Shown: piece after piece, positions 17,267 through 29,654 of the stretch
How positions within the stretch are numbered: the first letter of the stretch is position 1
How the letters are laid out: every line of letters starts with the position of its first letter
Translations under genes and position numbers: made by a program
DNA from: Bacteroidales bacterium
GTDB lineage: Bacteria > Bacteroidota > Bacteroidia > Bacteroidales > WCHB1-69
Length of the DNA: 64,000 nucleotides
NCBI GenBank assembly: GCA_016285145.1
Contig: JAEEQE010000011.1
Span: 363 to 64,362 of the forward strand
Direction of reading: 5' to 3'
The notes under the pieces: model-generated
What the model was told of the DNA's origin: nothing
The model's database searches: none
Seen by the model: the letters and a program-made list of their open reading frames with translations, nothing else

Positions 17267-19069
17267 ATGAGTAAAAAACAAAAACCTTTTGCAAGGAACA
17301 CGCGCGACATCTCAAGATTGTTTGATATCTTGACGTATTATTCTGAAACTTTTCCCAAGCAAACAACGGCTTTGTCCATCCGAACCAGCAAAGGATGGGA
17401 TTCCTATTCCCCTCAGGAATACAAAAGCATCACAGACAAATTAAGTTACGCATTCATAAAGCTCGGCATTGAGCAGGGTGACAAGGTGGGCATCATCTCC
17501 ACCAACCGTCCCGAGTGGAACATGCTGGATATGGCCATTATGCAGATCGGGGCCATCACGGTGCCGGTGTATCCGACCATCAGCGAGGATGACTATAAAT
17601 ACATCATCAACCATTCAGAGATGAAGTTGGCTGTGATTGAAGGTCATGAGGTGATGACGAAGTTCAGTAATATAATTTCCGAGACGCCCAACCTGAAGTT
17701 GGTCTATACGTTCAAGGACCGCAAGCGCTTCCCATATTTTGCGCAGTTGGTGCAGTTGGGCGAAGAGAATCCGAACCCGGAAGAGCTGAAGCGTCGGAGA
17801 GACAGTGTGAAACCCGAGGACTGCAGCACCATCATGTACACGTCGGGCACCACGGGATTGCCCAAAGGCGTGATGCTGTCCCATTATAATATTGTAAGCC
17901 AGTTGATGAACCTGCGCCAGACGCCGGCCCTCTGGTCCGACAAGGCGTTGAGCTTCCTGCCTTTGTGTCACGCGTACGAACGTATGTTGGTGTTCTTGTA
18001 CCAATATCTCGGCATGACGGTCTATTATGTGCAGAGTCTGGCCACGATAGGGGAGAACATCAAAGAAGTACAGCCCACCATGATGTCGGCCGTGCCTCGC
18101 GTGTTGGAAAAGATGTTCGACAAGATCATGAGTGCCAAGAAGAGCATGAAGCCCCTGCCGCGCAAGATTTTCACGTGGGCCATGGACCTGGCGCAGGAGT
18201 ACAAACTGCAGGATCAGGACAGAACGGGCTGGTACAATTTCCGTCATTGGTTTGCCGATAAGTTGATTTATAGAAAGATACGGAAGAATGTGGGTGGCAA
18301 TTTCGACATTGTGGTGTCGGGTGCGGCCAGCATTCAGCCCAAGTTGGCTTCTTTCTTTTCCGCCATCGGGATGCCGGTGTTCGAGGGTTATGGTGCCACG
18401 GAGACCTCACCGGTGATTGCCGTCAGCTGCCGCGACCGCAACGGTCGTGAGGTGGGCACGGTGGGATTCCCGCTGCCGGGCGTGGAAGTGCGCATTGCGG
18501 AAAGCGGCGAGATCCTGTGCCGCGGGCACAATGTGATGATGGGCTACTACAAGGCCCCCGACCTCACCGCCGAGGTAATTGATGACGAAGGCTGGTATCA
18601 TACCGGCGATACGGGCCGCTTCACCAAGTACGGGCAAGTGGTCATCACCGGACGTATCAAGAACCTCTTCAAGACCTCCTTCGGCAAGTATGTGAACCCG
18701 CAGATCATTGAGGAGAAATTCTGCGAGTCGCCGTTCATCGAAAATATGGTTGTGGTGGGCGAGAACCAAAAATTTGCCGCCGCCATCATCTCGCCCGACT
18801 TCGAGTATCTGAAATCCTGGTGCCGCCAGCAGAACATTACCTGTGCCGACAATGAGGAGATGATACGGAACAGTGAGGTGGTGAAGGCGTTTGCCACGGA
18901 AATCGCCAAATACAACCCGCTTTTCGGTGCCGCCGAGCAGATCAAGAAGTTCGAACTGGTGCCGGAAGCCTGGACGCAACAAAACAACATCCTCACGCCA
19001 ACGCTCAAGGTGAAACGCTTCATCGTGCAGCAACGGTATAGTGATTTGATTGACAAGATTTACAAGTAA
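17267..19069 (+). CDS. fadD: Long-chain fatty acid--CoA ligase (AMP-binding)
   Basis: YTSGTTGLPKGV, EGYGATETSP, YHTGDTG, LTPTLKVKR. Confidence 0.92.
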   Translation: MSKKQKPFARNTRDISRLFDILTYYSETFPKQTTALSIRTSKGWDSYSPQEYKSITDKLSYAFIKLGIEQGDKVGIISTNRPEWNMLDMAIMQIGAITVPVYPTISEDDYKYIINHSEMKLAVIEGHEVMTKFSNIISETPNLKLVYTFKDRKRFPYFAQLVQLGEENPNPEELKRRRDSVKPEDCSTIMYTSGTTGLPKGVMLSHYNIVSQLMNLRQTPALWSDKALSFLPLCHAYERMLVFLYQYLGMTVYYVQSLATIGENIKEVQPTMMSAVPRVLEKMFDKIMSAKKSMKPLPRKIFTWAMDLAQEYKLQDQDRTGWYNFRHWFADKLIYRKIRKNVGGNFDIVVSGAASIQPKLASFFSAIGMPVFEGYGATETSPVIAVSCRDRNGREVGTVGFPLPGVEVRIAESGEILCRGHNVMMGYYKAPDLTAEVIDDEGWYHTGDTGRFTKYGQVVITGRIKNLFKTSFGKYVNPQIIEEKFCESPFIENMVVVGENQKFAAAIISPDFEYLKSWCRQQNITCADNEEMIRNSEVVKAFATEIAKYNPLFGAAEQIKKFELVPEAWTQQNNILTPTLKVKRFIVQQRYSDLIDKIYK

Positions 19070-19099
19070 AAAAAAGAGGCGCTTAAGCGCCTCTTTTTT
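19070..19099. terminator. Bidirectional intrinsic terminator
   Basis: aaaaaagaggcgc-ttaa-gcgcctctttttt between convergent genes. Confidence 0.88.
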
Positions 19100-19117
19100 G
19101 CATTATAAAAAAATGGT

Positions 19118-21265
<2,148 letters not shown>

Positions 21266-21346
21266 AGTATTGAATCTTCTTTACATTATATTGGGGGTGC
21301 AAAGGTACATATTTTTCAAAAACACGGACGGGTATTTTTGTTAGAT

Positions 21347-21376
21347 TGTAGAGACGCGCCATAGCGCGTCTCTACA
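21347..21376. repeat. GTAG-type REP-like palindrome
   Basis: tgtagagacgcgc-cata-gcgcgtctctaca (13-bp stem); a related copy lies at 58539. Confidence 0.8.
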
Positions 21377-21384
21377 GGTTGTAT

Positions 21385-23136
21385 TTACTTCGCTTGGATG
21401 TTCTTGCCGCAGTCATCGACAATCATCTTGTACCATTCTTTGCGGTATTTCGGTTGGTCGGGGAAGGCGCATTGCGGAATTTTCGTGTCGGAGACCTGGA
21501 ATTTGCCGTTTTCTTCCTTCTTGACATTTCCGTCATGGTATTTCACTAACAGGTAAATGAAGAGATCGTTCCAGTCGGCGCACACCTTCTTGGCGGCATC
21601 GTTGGAGTAGCGGTTGAGTTCCTTGCGGGCCTTGTCGGGGTTGTTTTCGCAAAGGTCCTTCATGGAGGATGCCATATTGTTGATGTCCTTCACGAATTTG
21701 CCTTCCCAGTAGGCCTGTTTTTCGTTCACATGCTTGATCATGTCGCAGTAGCGGGAATAGACGAAGTTGCTGACTTTGGTAAAGGTCCAGAAGGCGGCGG
21801 TGTTGGAGTATTCCACCATGGAACCGTTGCCTTGGGCATATTCCATCGGGATGTCGGTGATGCCGCAGAACATGGGCACGTAGCAGCAGCTTGCCGCATC
21901 GTCCACGCCGAACCAGAAGATGCCACCGAACCAGTTGGGCAGCCAGTTGCGGCATTGGGCCACGAAGGAGAAGCCGGTCTGCTGGGTGGCGGTGGCGCGC
22001 TCGTGGACGTATCCTTTGCCGTCATATTCCCAGGTCATCGGACGCCAGCGGTACGGGCATTTGAACGGGCCGGCACCGAGATCCTTGGTCATGTCCATGG
22101 AGGTACCCTCGAAATGGTCGCGCATCATCTGCATCATAAACTGTGCGTCAATCTTGCTCTTGTCGGCAGGCTTGATCCACAGCGGGAAGCGGTGCTTGAG
22201 GTTATCGCCGCGAGCATAATCCTCATACTGAGCCATTTCGGCATGGTTGCAGTGGTTGAAGAAAGCCCATACGCGCGCTTCGCAGAAACGGGCACCGTCG
22301 AAGTTGATGGGATTGTAGGTGTCGCAGAAGCTGAAGTCGGCATCCGGAGCCTGTTTGGGGTCTTTCGGATAGAGCCCTTTCATTCTGGCAAACGAAATGA
22401 CATCATAGGAATAGACAGTCTCCACAGATGGCAAGAAGATCTTGTCCAGCTCCTTGCTGGTGATGGAGGTCTTGCCGTCACGCAGCGGGAAAGTGGAGAT
22501 GCGTGATTGGTTGGCGTGGCCGCTGATGTATCCGTCGGGGATGCGACGGGCCACCCACACGGCGCCGTTGCTCCAGCCTTTCACGATTTTGCCTTTGGCA
22601 TCCAGCATCTTCTCGCCCTTGCCGATGAGGTCCATGACCCACGCCTCGTTGGGATCCACGATGGAGAACGACTCGCCCTCGCTGGCGTAGCCGTAGGTGT
22701 CCATCAGTTCGGCAATGACCTTGATGGCCTCACGGGCGTTCTTGGCCCGTTGCAACGCGATGTATATCAGGGAACCGTAGTCAATCATGCCCTGGCCCTG
22801 TTCCAGTTCTTCGATGCCGCCGTAAGTGGTCTCGCCGATGGCTAACTGCCATTCGTTCATGTTGCCGATGACCGAGTAGGTGTGGGCCACCTGCGGAATC
22901 TGACCCAGCAGCTTGCCAGTGTCCCATTCGATGACGTCCATCATGGTGCCGGCGGGATAATCTTTAGCAGGACGGTAATAGAGTTCGCCGTACAGCTGGT
23001 GCGAATCGGCGGCGTAAGTGAGGAAGCAGGAGCCGTCTTTGCTGGCACCCTTCGTCACGATGAAGTTGGTGCAGGCCATCGAGGTGGTGAATGCCATCAG
23101 GCCCAGCACAAGGGTGAGGAGAAAGGATTTTTTCAT
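21385..23136 (-). CDS. C69-family dipeptidase
   Basis: Signal peptide followed by ACTNFIVTKGASKDGS (N-terminal nucleophile Cys); MNEWQLAIGETT, SEGESFSI, HANQSRI. Confidence 0.9.
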   Translation of the reverse strand: MKKSFLLTLVLGLMAFTTSMACTNFIVTKGASKDGSCFLTYAADSHQLYGELYYRPAKDYPAGTMMDVIEWDTGKLLGQIPQVAHTYSVIGNMNEWQLAIGETTYGGIEELEQGQGMIDYGSLIYIALQRAKNAREAIKVIAELMDTYGYASEGESFSIVDPNEAWVMDLIGKGEKMLDAKGKIVKGWSNGAVWVARRIPDGYISGHANQSRISTFPLRDGKTSITSKELDKIFLPSVETVYSYDVISFARMKGLYPKDPKQAPDADFSFCDTYNPINFDGARFCEARVWAFFNHCNHAEMAQYEDYARGDNLKHRFPLWIKPADKSKIDAQFMMQMMRDHFEGTSMDMTKDLGAGPFKCPYRWRPMTWEYDGKGYVHERATATQQTGFSFVAQCRNWLPNWFGGIFWFGVDDAASCCYVPMFCGITDIPMEYAQGNGSMVEYSNTAAFWTFTKVSNFVYSRYCDMIKHVNEKQAYWEGKFVKDINNMASSMKDLCENNPDKARKELNRYSNDAAKKVCADWNDLFIYLLVKYHDGNVKKEENGKFQVSDTKIPQCAFPDQPKYRKEWYKMIVDDCGKNIQAK

Positions 23137-23179
23137 AAAATGCTTTTTTTATTGATTATTAATGATGATTCGTATTTTG

Positions 23180-23668
23180 TCATTCTACTGATAGAATCTT
23201 GATGGTCCGCATTCCGGCGGGGAGCTGTATGTCGAAGATGTCGTTCGGACGGTGGCCGAACAGAGCCTTGGCCATCGGAGAGGTGAAGGGGACCTTGCCT
23301 TTGGTGGCGTTGGCCTCGTCCACGCCGGTGATCTGGATGCGTATCTCCTGCCCGTTCATGCGCATGGCCACGGTGGAGCCGAACGCGATTTCACCCGTTT
23401 TTTTGGGTTCCATCACTTTTGCGATTTTGATGCGGTTTTCTAGTAGTTCCAGTTTGGCGTTGAGGAAGTTGCGGGTCACGCGGGCGTCGGTTTCCTGCCC
23501 GTCGGCGCGGATGCCGTCACGCTCGTTCAGCAGATCTTCCCGTTCTTGCAGCAACTGCTCCATGCCGGCGGGCGTCACATAGTTGACGACTCCTGCAGGC
23601 AGGAAAGCACGCGGCGGTACCAACGGGACCTCTTCCTGGTCTCCTTCTTTTACAAATCCCCTGCTCAT
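23180..23668 (-). CDS. GreA/GreB-family elongation factor-like protein
   Basis: NYVTPAG...coiled coil...IAFGSTV...ITGVDEA...FTSPMAKAL. Confidence 0.85.
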   Translation of the reverse strand: MSRGFVKEGDQEEVPLVPPRAFLPAGVVNYVTPAGMEQLLQEREDLLNERDGIRADGQETDARVTRNFLNAKLELLENRIKIAKVMEPKKTGEIAFGSTVAMRMNGQEIRIQITGVDEANATKGKVPFTSPMAKALFGHRPNDIFDIQLPAGMRTIKILSVE

Positions 23669-23674
23669 AACCTG

Positions 23675-24760
23675 TTACATGAATTTCCGACGTAAAAGGT
23701 CGCACAAGGCCAGATAGGCGGTGGAGGTGGAATCCCAGAAATACTGCTTTTTGTAATTCTCCAGACAGTCGAATGCCGCCTCCAAGTTGGGGCACTGGTT
23801 GAGTTTCTGGATGGCCGCGCTGAACTCTTCGCCCCGGTTTTGGAACAGTTCTTTGATAAAGGTGAACTTGTCGTTGATGGAGATGGCCTTCGTCAGGTCG
23901 TGGACTTTCGCGTGCTGGTATTGCGCGCTCAGGGAGCGGTCCTCCTTCTGCTCGTTGAACAGGTCGTTCAGTGAACGTTGGGGGGCGGCTGCCGATATGG
24001 AGGGCTTCTCCGCCGGTTTGACCGGTTGTGCGGGTGTTGCGGGTTCGGGTCTTGACGGAGCTGCAGGGGCCGGTTGGGCCACGGGAGCCTTGGGGGCCGC
24101 TTCGGGCTGCTCATGCCGTTTGGGACGTGGAATGAATTGCAGCAAATCATCCTCTTCGTTGGAGAACAAAGATTCCGGCTCTATCTGGTCGTCGCGTTTG
24201 GGCTTGGAGGTGGGCACTCGCTCGGCGATTGAGGGGCGCGCGGGCTCAGAAATCACTTTTTTCTCTTCCTGTTGCGGCGCTGGCGCTTCCTGCTGGACAG
24301 GTTTCTCCTCGGGTTTCGGCATTTCTTTCTCGGGTTCTGCCGGTTTCGCTTCCGGTTGCGGCGTTTCAGCCACTGGTTGCGGAATATCCTCAGCTACATC
24401 ATCCACAATCTGCACGTCAACGGGCTCTTCTTCCTTCGGTTGGTAGCTTTCGTGTTCCGTGTCAAAAAAGAGGTCCACATCCTCCGTCAAGCCCGGGTGC
24501 ACGGCATATTCGCGGGGCTCTTCCTGCGCTTGCGGTTCCGGTTCGGGCTTTTGCGGCGTGGCCGGAACGGGAGAATCCACAGCAGTTTCCGGCTCCGATG
24601 ATGTCCCCTGAACGGGCTTTTTCGTCTGCAATTCTACATAGATGTGACGGAGTCGTTCCAGAACGGCATCCCGTTCAATGGGGGGCATGACGGATGTTTC
24701 GCCACATATAAGTTCAAGGTTGTCAAGAATTTCGATGATTTGTGCAAAACTATTCTGCAT
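23675..24760 (-). CDS. Hypothetical protein with Pro/Glu-rich linker and conserved-looking C-terminal domain
   Basis: Long ORF ending DLTKAISINDKFTFIKELF...LLRRKF, a Bacteroidetes hypothetical-family-like terminus. Confidence 0.75.
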   Translation of the reverse strand: MQNSFAQIIEILDNLELICGETSVMPPIERDAVLERLRHIYVELQTKKPVQGTSSEPETAVDSPVPATPQKPEPEPQAQEEPREYAVHPGLTEDVDLFFDTEHESYQPKEEEPVDVQIVDDVAEDIPQPVAETPQPEAKPAEPEKEMPKPEEKPVQQEAPAPQQEEKKVISEPARPSIAERVPTSKPKRDDQIEPESLFSNEEDDLLQFIPRPKRHEQPEAAPKAPVAQPAPAAPSRPEPATPAQPVKPAEKPSISAAAPQRSLNDLFNEQKEDRSLSAQYQHAKVHDLTKAISINDKFTFIKELFQNRGEEFSAAIQKLNQCPNLEAAFDCLENYKKQYFWDSTSTAYLALCDLLRRKFM

Positions 24761-24861
24761 TTTAGTAAGAATTAATGGTTGTTGGAAAGACAAATTATTA
24801 TAATTTTGCCGTTCCGAAAAAACGGACAAAAATACAAAATTCTTTTAATCGAAACAGGCGC

Positions 24862-25455
24862 ATGTTTTTAGAAAATAAAGCGAGTAGAAATAATCAACGG
24901 GGATGGATTGAGGTGATATGCGGGTCAATGTTTTCCGGCAAGACGGAGGAGTTGCTCCGGCGCATCCGCCGTGCGGAGTTTGCCAACCAGCAGATCGAGC
25001 TTTTCAAGCCCGCCATCGACACCCGCTACGACGAGGTGGATGTGGTGTCGCATGACGAGGCCTCCAGGGTCTCCACGCCTGTCCATAACTCCTCGGAGAT
25101 CCTTCTGTATGTGAATATGGAATCGGTACAGGTGGTGGCCATTGATGAAATCCAGTTTTTCGATGATGGTATCGTGGATGTGTGCAATACGTTGGCCAAT
25201 GCGGGTATCCGTGTGATTGTCAGTGGGTTGGATATGGACTATTTGGGCAATCCTTTTGGACCGATGCCGAAGCTGATCGCGGTGGCGGAGTATGTGAGCA
25301 AACAACACGCCATCTGCACCCACTGCGGCGACCTGGCCCAATATTCCCACCGCATCGTGGCCGGCGACGGACAAGTGCTTTTAGGCGAGAAAGAGGCGTA
25401 TGAGCCCCTTTGTCGCCATTGTTTTAATGAAGCTTTGAAAAAAGAGAACCGCTAA
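24862..25455 (+). CDS. tdk: Thymidine kinase
   Basis: [35 protein letters not shown]. Confidence 0.97.
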   Translation: MFLENKASRNNQRGWIEVICGSMFSGKTEELLRRIRRAEFANQQIELFKPAIDTRYDEVDVVSHDEASRVSTPVHNSSEILLYVNMESVQVVAIDEIQFFDDGIVDVCNTLANAGIRVIVSGLDMDYLGNPFGPMPKLIAVAEYVSKQHAICTHCGDLAQYSHRIVAGDGQVLLGEKEAYEPLCRHCFNEALKKENR

Positions 25456-25456
25456 C

Positions 25457-26404
25457 CTATCGGTTGTTCAGCCACTGCATCACATTATGGTAAATCCGGT
25501 CGGCGGCGTTCTCGGTGTCAGCTGGCACGAATTTCTCCCCGGTGATGTTTTCATACAATTCTATATAACGTTCCGTGATTCCCTTCACCACTTCGGGAGT
25601 CATATCCGGCACCTGTTGTCCCTCCTGACCTTGGAATCCGTTGGCCATCAGCCACTCACGCACAAACTCCTTTGACAATTGCTTTTGAGGTTTGCCTTGG
25701 GCAAAATTCTCTTCGTATCCTTTCGCATAGAAATAACGGGAAGAGTCGGGGGTGTGGATTTCGTCGATGAGGTAGATTTTGTCGCCGGCCTTGCCGAACT
25801 CGTATTTGGTGTCCACCAGGATGAGGCCCTGCTTGGCAGCCATTTCCGTGCCGCGCTGGAAGAGCTTCATGGTGTAATCTTCAATGATGGCATAATCTTC
25901 GGGACTGACAAGACCTTTGGCCAGTATTTCCTCCTTGGAGATGTCGGCGTCGTGTTCGCCTTGTTCAGCCTTGGTGGTGGGGGTGATGATGGGAGTGGGG
26001 AATTTCTGGTTCTCGCGCATCCCTTCGGGCAGGATATTGCCGCACAGGTTGCGACCGCCGTTCTTGTAGAAACGCCAGGCGCTGCCGCACAGATAGCCAC
26101 GCACAATCATCTCCACCGGAAAACCTTGACAAAGAACGCCCACCGTTACCATCGGATCGGGAGTGGCTAACTTCCAGTTGGGGCAGATGTCGGCCGTGGC
26201 ATCTAAGAAACGGGCGGCAATCTGATTCAGAATCTGACCCTTGCAGGGAATGCCCTCGGGCAGGATGACGTCAAAGGCGGAGATGCGGTCGGACGCGACC
26301 ATGGCCAGCACTTCGTCATTGATATTATACACATCGCGGACTTTGCCGTGATAAACACTTTTCTGATTCGGAAAATTGAATTCTGTATGGGTAATAGCTG
26401 CCAT
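25457..26404 (-). CDS. purC: SAICAR synthetase
   Basis: [36 protein letters not shown]. Confidence 0.97.
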   Translation of the reverse strand: MAAITHTEFNFPNQKSVYHGKVRDVYNINDEVLAMVASDRISAFDVILPEGIPCKGQILNQIAARFLDATADICPNWKLATPDPMVTVGVLCQGFPVEMIVRGYLCGSAWRFYKNGGRNLCGNILPEGMRENQKFPTPIITPTTKAEQGEHDADISKEEILAKGLVSPEDYAIIEDYTMKLFQRGTEMAAKQGLILVDTKYEFGKAGDKIYLIDEIHTPDSSRYFYAKGYEENFAQGKPQKQLSKEFVREWLMANGFQGQEGQQVPDMTPEVVKGITERYIELYENITGEKFVPADTENAADRIYHNVMQWLNNR

Positions 26405-26425
26405 TGTGTAAGGATTTTAAAGACG

Positions 26426-26461
26426 GGCGCAAAGATACGATTAAAATTGTATCTTTGCGCC
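26426..26461. promoter_or_regulatory. Symmetric back-to-back promoter elements for purC and alaS
   Basis: ggcgcaaagatac-N10-gtatctttgcgcc; each arm carries the Bacteroidetes -7 element TATCTTTG on its own strand. Confidence 0.65.
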
Positions 26462-26480
26462 TCTTAAAACCAGCAATTTT

Positions 26481-29084
26481 ATGACTTCTTCCGAAATTCG
26501 TAACGCATTTTTGCAATTCTTTAATTCCAAAGAACATACCATCGTTCCTTCCGCCCCGATGGTCATTAAAAACGACCCCACACTGATGTTCACCAATGCC
26601 GGCATGAACCAGTTTAAGGATATCTTTTTAGGGAATCAGAAACCGGAACATCCCCGCGTGGCCGACTCGCAGAAGTGTCTGCGCGTGTCGGGCAAACATA
26701 ACGATCTGGAAGAGGTGGGCCGCGACACGTACCACCATACCATGTTCGAGATGCTCGGCAACTGGTCGTTTGGCGATTATTTCAAAAAAGAGGCTATCGC
26801 CTACGCGTGGGAGTTTCTCACCGAGGTGATGAAACTGGATAAAAACCGCCTCTATGCCACTGTTTTCCAAGGTGATGAAAAAGACGGTACCCAATTTGAC
26901 CAGGAGGCTTATGACTTTTGGAAGGAACATCTTCCTGAAGACCGCATCTTGAAAGGCAACAAGAAAGACAACTTCTGGGAAATGGGCGACACCGGTCCTT
27001 GCGGCCCTTGCTCGGAAATCCACATCGACCTGCGCGATGACAGCGAGCGGGCCAAGGTGCCCGGCCACGAGTTGGTCAACAAGGACAATCCGCTGGTAAT
27101 TGAGATTTGGAACCTTGTGTTCATGCAGTTCAACCGGATAGCCTCCGGTGAGCTGAAACCCTTGGCTGCCAAGCATGTGGACACGGGCATGGGCTTCGAG
27201 CGCCTCTGCATGGCGGTGCAGAACAAGAAGTCAAACTATGATACGGATGTGTTTCAGCCCATTATCCAAAAAATCGCCGCCAGCGCTAACGTCCGCTATG
27301 GTGACAAGACAGAGACGGACATTGCCTTGCGCGTGGTGGCCGACCATCTGCGGGCCGTGAGTTTCGCCATTGCCGACGGTCAGTTGCCCTCTAACACGGG
27401 AGCCGGCTACGTCATCCGCCGCATCCTGCGCCGTGCTATCCGCTACGGCTTCACCTTCTTGGGCTTCAAAGATCCTTTCATGCACAGTCTTGTTCCTGAT
27501 TTGGTTGCCCAAATGGGACACCAGTTCCCCGAGTTGCAGCGGCAGCAGGAGCTCATCCAGCGCATCATGCTGGAGGAAGAACAGTCATTCCTGAAGACCT
27601 TGGCCAAGGGCATCAATCGCTTTGAAGAGTATGTGGCCAAATCCAATAACGACCAAATTGACGGCGACTTCGCCTTCGAATTGTTCGACACATACGGCTT
27701 TCCGGTGGACCTTACGCAACTGCTGGCCTCCGAAAAAGGTAAAACGGTGGACATGGAGGGCTTCCAACGCGGTCTGCAACAGCAAAAGGAACGTTCTCGT
27801 GCCGCCGCCACCGTCACCACCGATGACTGGGTGGAGCTAATCCATACGGATACACCGACTCAATTTGTTGGTTATCATGAAAATCAATGTGAATGTCACG
27901 TGGTGAAGTACCGGAAAGTGTCCGCCAAAGGCAAGACCTATTTCCAGGTTGTGTTAGACAAAACGCCCTTCTATGCCGAATCTGGTGGTCAGGTGGGCGA
28001 CACAGGGATCTTGGAAGGTGTAAATGATGCCGTTGAGGTTTACAACACCACCAAAGAGAATAATCTGACCATTCATCATACTGCCCGTCTGCCTGAAAAC
28101 ATGGAGGCTCCGATGACCGCCAAGATTGACGTGGTCAAGCGGCAGATGACGGCTAACAACCACTCTGCCACGCACTTGTTGGACCATGCGTTGCGCGCTG
28201 TGCTCGGTACCCATGTGGAGCAGAAAGGTTCGATGGTGGCTTCCGACCGTCTGCGTTTCGATTTCTCGCATTTTGCCAAGATGACGGAAGAGGAGATCAT
28301 CCAGACTGAAAAGATGGTTAACGCCTTGATTCGTAAGAACCTGCCATTACAGGAGCATGTGGACATCCCCATTGAGGAAGCCCGTGCCAAGGGGGCCATC
28401 GCTTTGTTTGGCGAGAAATACGGCAAATTCGTGCGGGTAATCCAGTTTGGCGATGCCGTGGAGTTGTGCGGGGGCACACACACGTCCGCCACGGGCAATA
28501 TCGGCTTCTTCAAGATTGTGTCTGAAGGGGCCGTGGCCGCCGGCGTGCGCCGTATCGAGGCCGTCACCGGCACCGCCGCAGAGGCCATCGTGTATGCCAA
28601 TCAGAACCTCATCAAGCATATCAAGGAGATGCTCGGATCCAATAACCTTGAACAAGCTGTACAGAAACTCACCGACGACAATCTGCAATTCCGTCATAAA
28701 ATTGAAGATTTCGAAAAACAGAAAGTTTTGGAGTTTTGCAAGGAATCCGAAGAGGCAGCTCAATGCATCAATGGTATTCAAGTGATTGCGCAGACGACCA
28801 CGTTTAGTCCTGACATCCTGCGTAATGCGGCTTTCATGTTGCGTGTGAGGCCCAACCGTATCGTGGTGTTAGGCAGTGTGTTTGACAACAAGCCGAATTT
28901 GGCGGTGGCGGTTTCCGATGACCTGGTGGGCCGTTTTGAGGCTCCGAAGTTAGTGCGTGCCGCTGGCAAACTCATACAAGGTGGCGGCGGCGGACAACCT
29001 ACGCTCTCCATGGCAGGCGGCAAAAACCCTGCTGGCGTGCCTGATGCCGTTCAGGAAGTGTTACGTCTTATTGAGGAAGGCTAA
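26481..29084 (+). CDS. alaS: Alanine--tRNA ligase
   Basis: LMFTNAGMNQFK, HHTMFEMLGNWSFGDYFK, DTGMGFERL, NHSATHLL, ELCGGTH, GGGGGQ. Confidence 0.99.
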   Translation: MTSSEIRNAFLQFFNSKEHTIVPSAPMVIKNDPTLMFTNAGMNQFKDIFLGNQKPEHPRVADSQKCLRVSGKHNDLEEVGRDTYHHTMFEMLGNWSFGDYFKKEAIAYAWEFLTEVMKLDKNRLYATVFQGDEKDGTQFDQEAYDFWKEHLPEDRILKGNKKDNFWEMGDTGPCGPCSEIHIDLRDDSERAKVPGHELVNKDNPLVIEIWNLVFMQFNRIASGELKPLAAKHVDTGMGFERLCMAVQNKKSNYDTDVFQPIIQKIAASANVRYGDKTETDIALRVVADHLRAVSFAIADGQLPSNTGAGYVIRRILRRAIRYGFTFLGFKDPFMHSLVPDLVAQMGHQFPELQRQQELIQRIMLEEEQSFLKTLAKGINRFEEYVAKSNNDQIDGDFAFELFDTYGFPVDLTQLLASEKGKTVDMEGFQRGLQQQKERSRAAATVTTDDWVELIHTDTPTQFVGYHENQCECHVVKYRKVSAKGKTYFQVVLDKTPFYAESGGQVGDTGILEGVNDAVEVYNTTKENNLTIHHTARLPENMEAPMTAKIDVVKRQMTANNHSATHLLDHALRAVLGTHVEQKGSMVASDRLRFDFSHFAKMTEEEIIQTEKMVNALIRKNLPLQEHVDIPIEEARAKGAIALFGEKYGKFVRVIQFGDAVELCGGTHTSATGNIGFFKIVSEGAVAAGVRRIEAVTGTAAEAIVYANQNLIKHIKEMLGSNNLEQAVQKLTDDNLQFRHKIEDFEKQKVLEFCKESEEAAQCINGIQVIAQTTTFSPDILRNAAFMLRVRPNRIVVLGSVFDNKPNLAVAVSDDLVGRFEAPKLVRAAGKLIQGGGGGQPTLSMAGGKNPAGVPDAVQEVLRLIEEG

Positions 29085-29643
29085 AAAGATAAGCCATATC
29101 CACATCATTCAACAACTCCATTCCGCGCTCCGTAAGCAGGGGAAGGAGCAAATAGCGGATTATCTGTTCTTGATTCACCCCCCAGTCTTCTTCCACACAT
29201 ACATTGTGCAGGAAAAAGATGGAATATAAGGGTATATTGATATTCTCTTGGAAATGATATTGTCGTATTCCCTTTTGAATCAATGTGTTCAAAATGCTCA
29301 TAAAGGGTGAGTCGTTTGTGGTGAAGAGCTTGTGCTGTAGCGCATGTTGGAAAAAGGTACTTTCTGTTTCCCGGATATTGCGCATCTCCCATACAAACAA
29401 CAGCAGTTCTTCCACCGGATGGTTGCATTCAAGGCTCTTCTCCCGGATGCGTTCCTGAATGCACGTGTGCCAGAACCGCCGCGCGATCTCCACCGACTGG
29501 GCTTTCCCCTCATAACGGTTGAAAAAGGTTTTCCGGCTGATGCCCATGCCGGCTACAATCTCATCGGTCGTATGGTCGAAACCGTTTTTGAGATAATAGT
29601 GGAAAATATCGAACGTCTTCTGTTGATTCAGTGGTCGTTTCAT
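29068..29643 (-). CDS. TetR/AcrR-family regulator (divergent)
   Basis: N-terminal GFDHTTDEIVAGMGISRKTFFNRY HTH. Confidence 0.7.
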   Translation of the reverse strand: MKRPLNQQKTFDIFHYYLKNGFDHTTDEIVAGMGISRKTFFNRYEGKAQSVEIARRFWHTCIQERIREKSLECNHPVEELLLFVWEMRNIRETESTFFQHALQHKLFTTNDSPFMSILNTLIQKGIRQYHFQENINIPLYSIFFLHNVCVEEDWGVNQEQIIRYLLLPLLTERGMELLNDVDMAYLFSLPQ

Positions 29644-29654
29644 GGAGGATGTCT

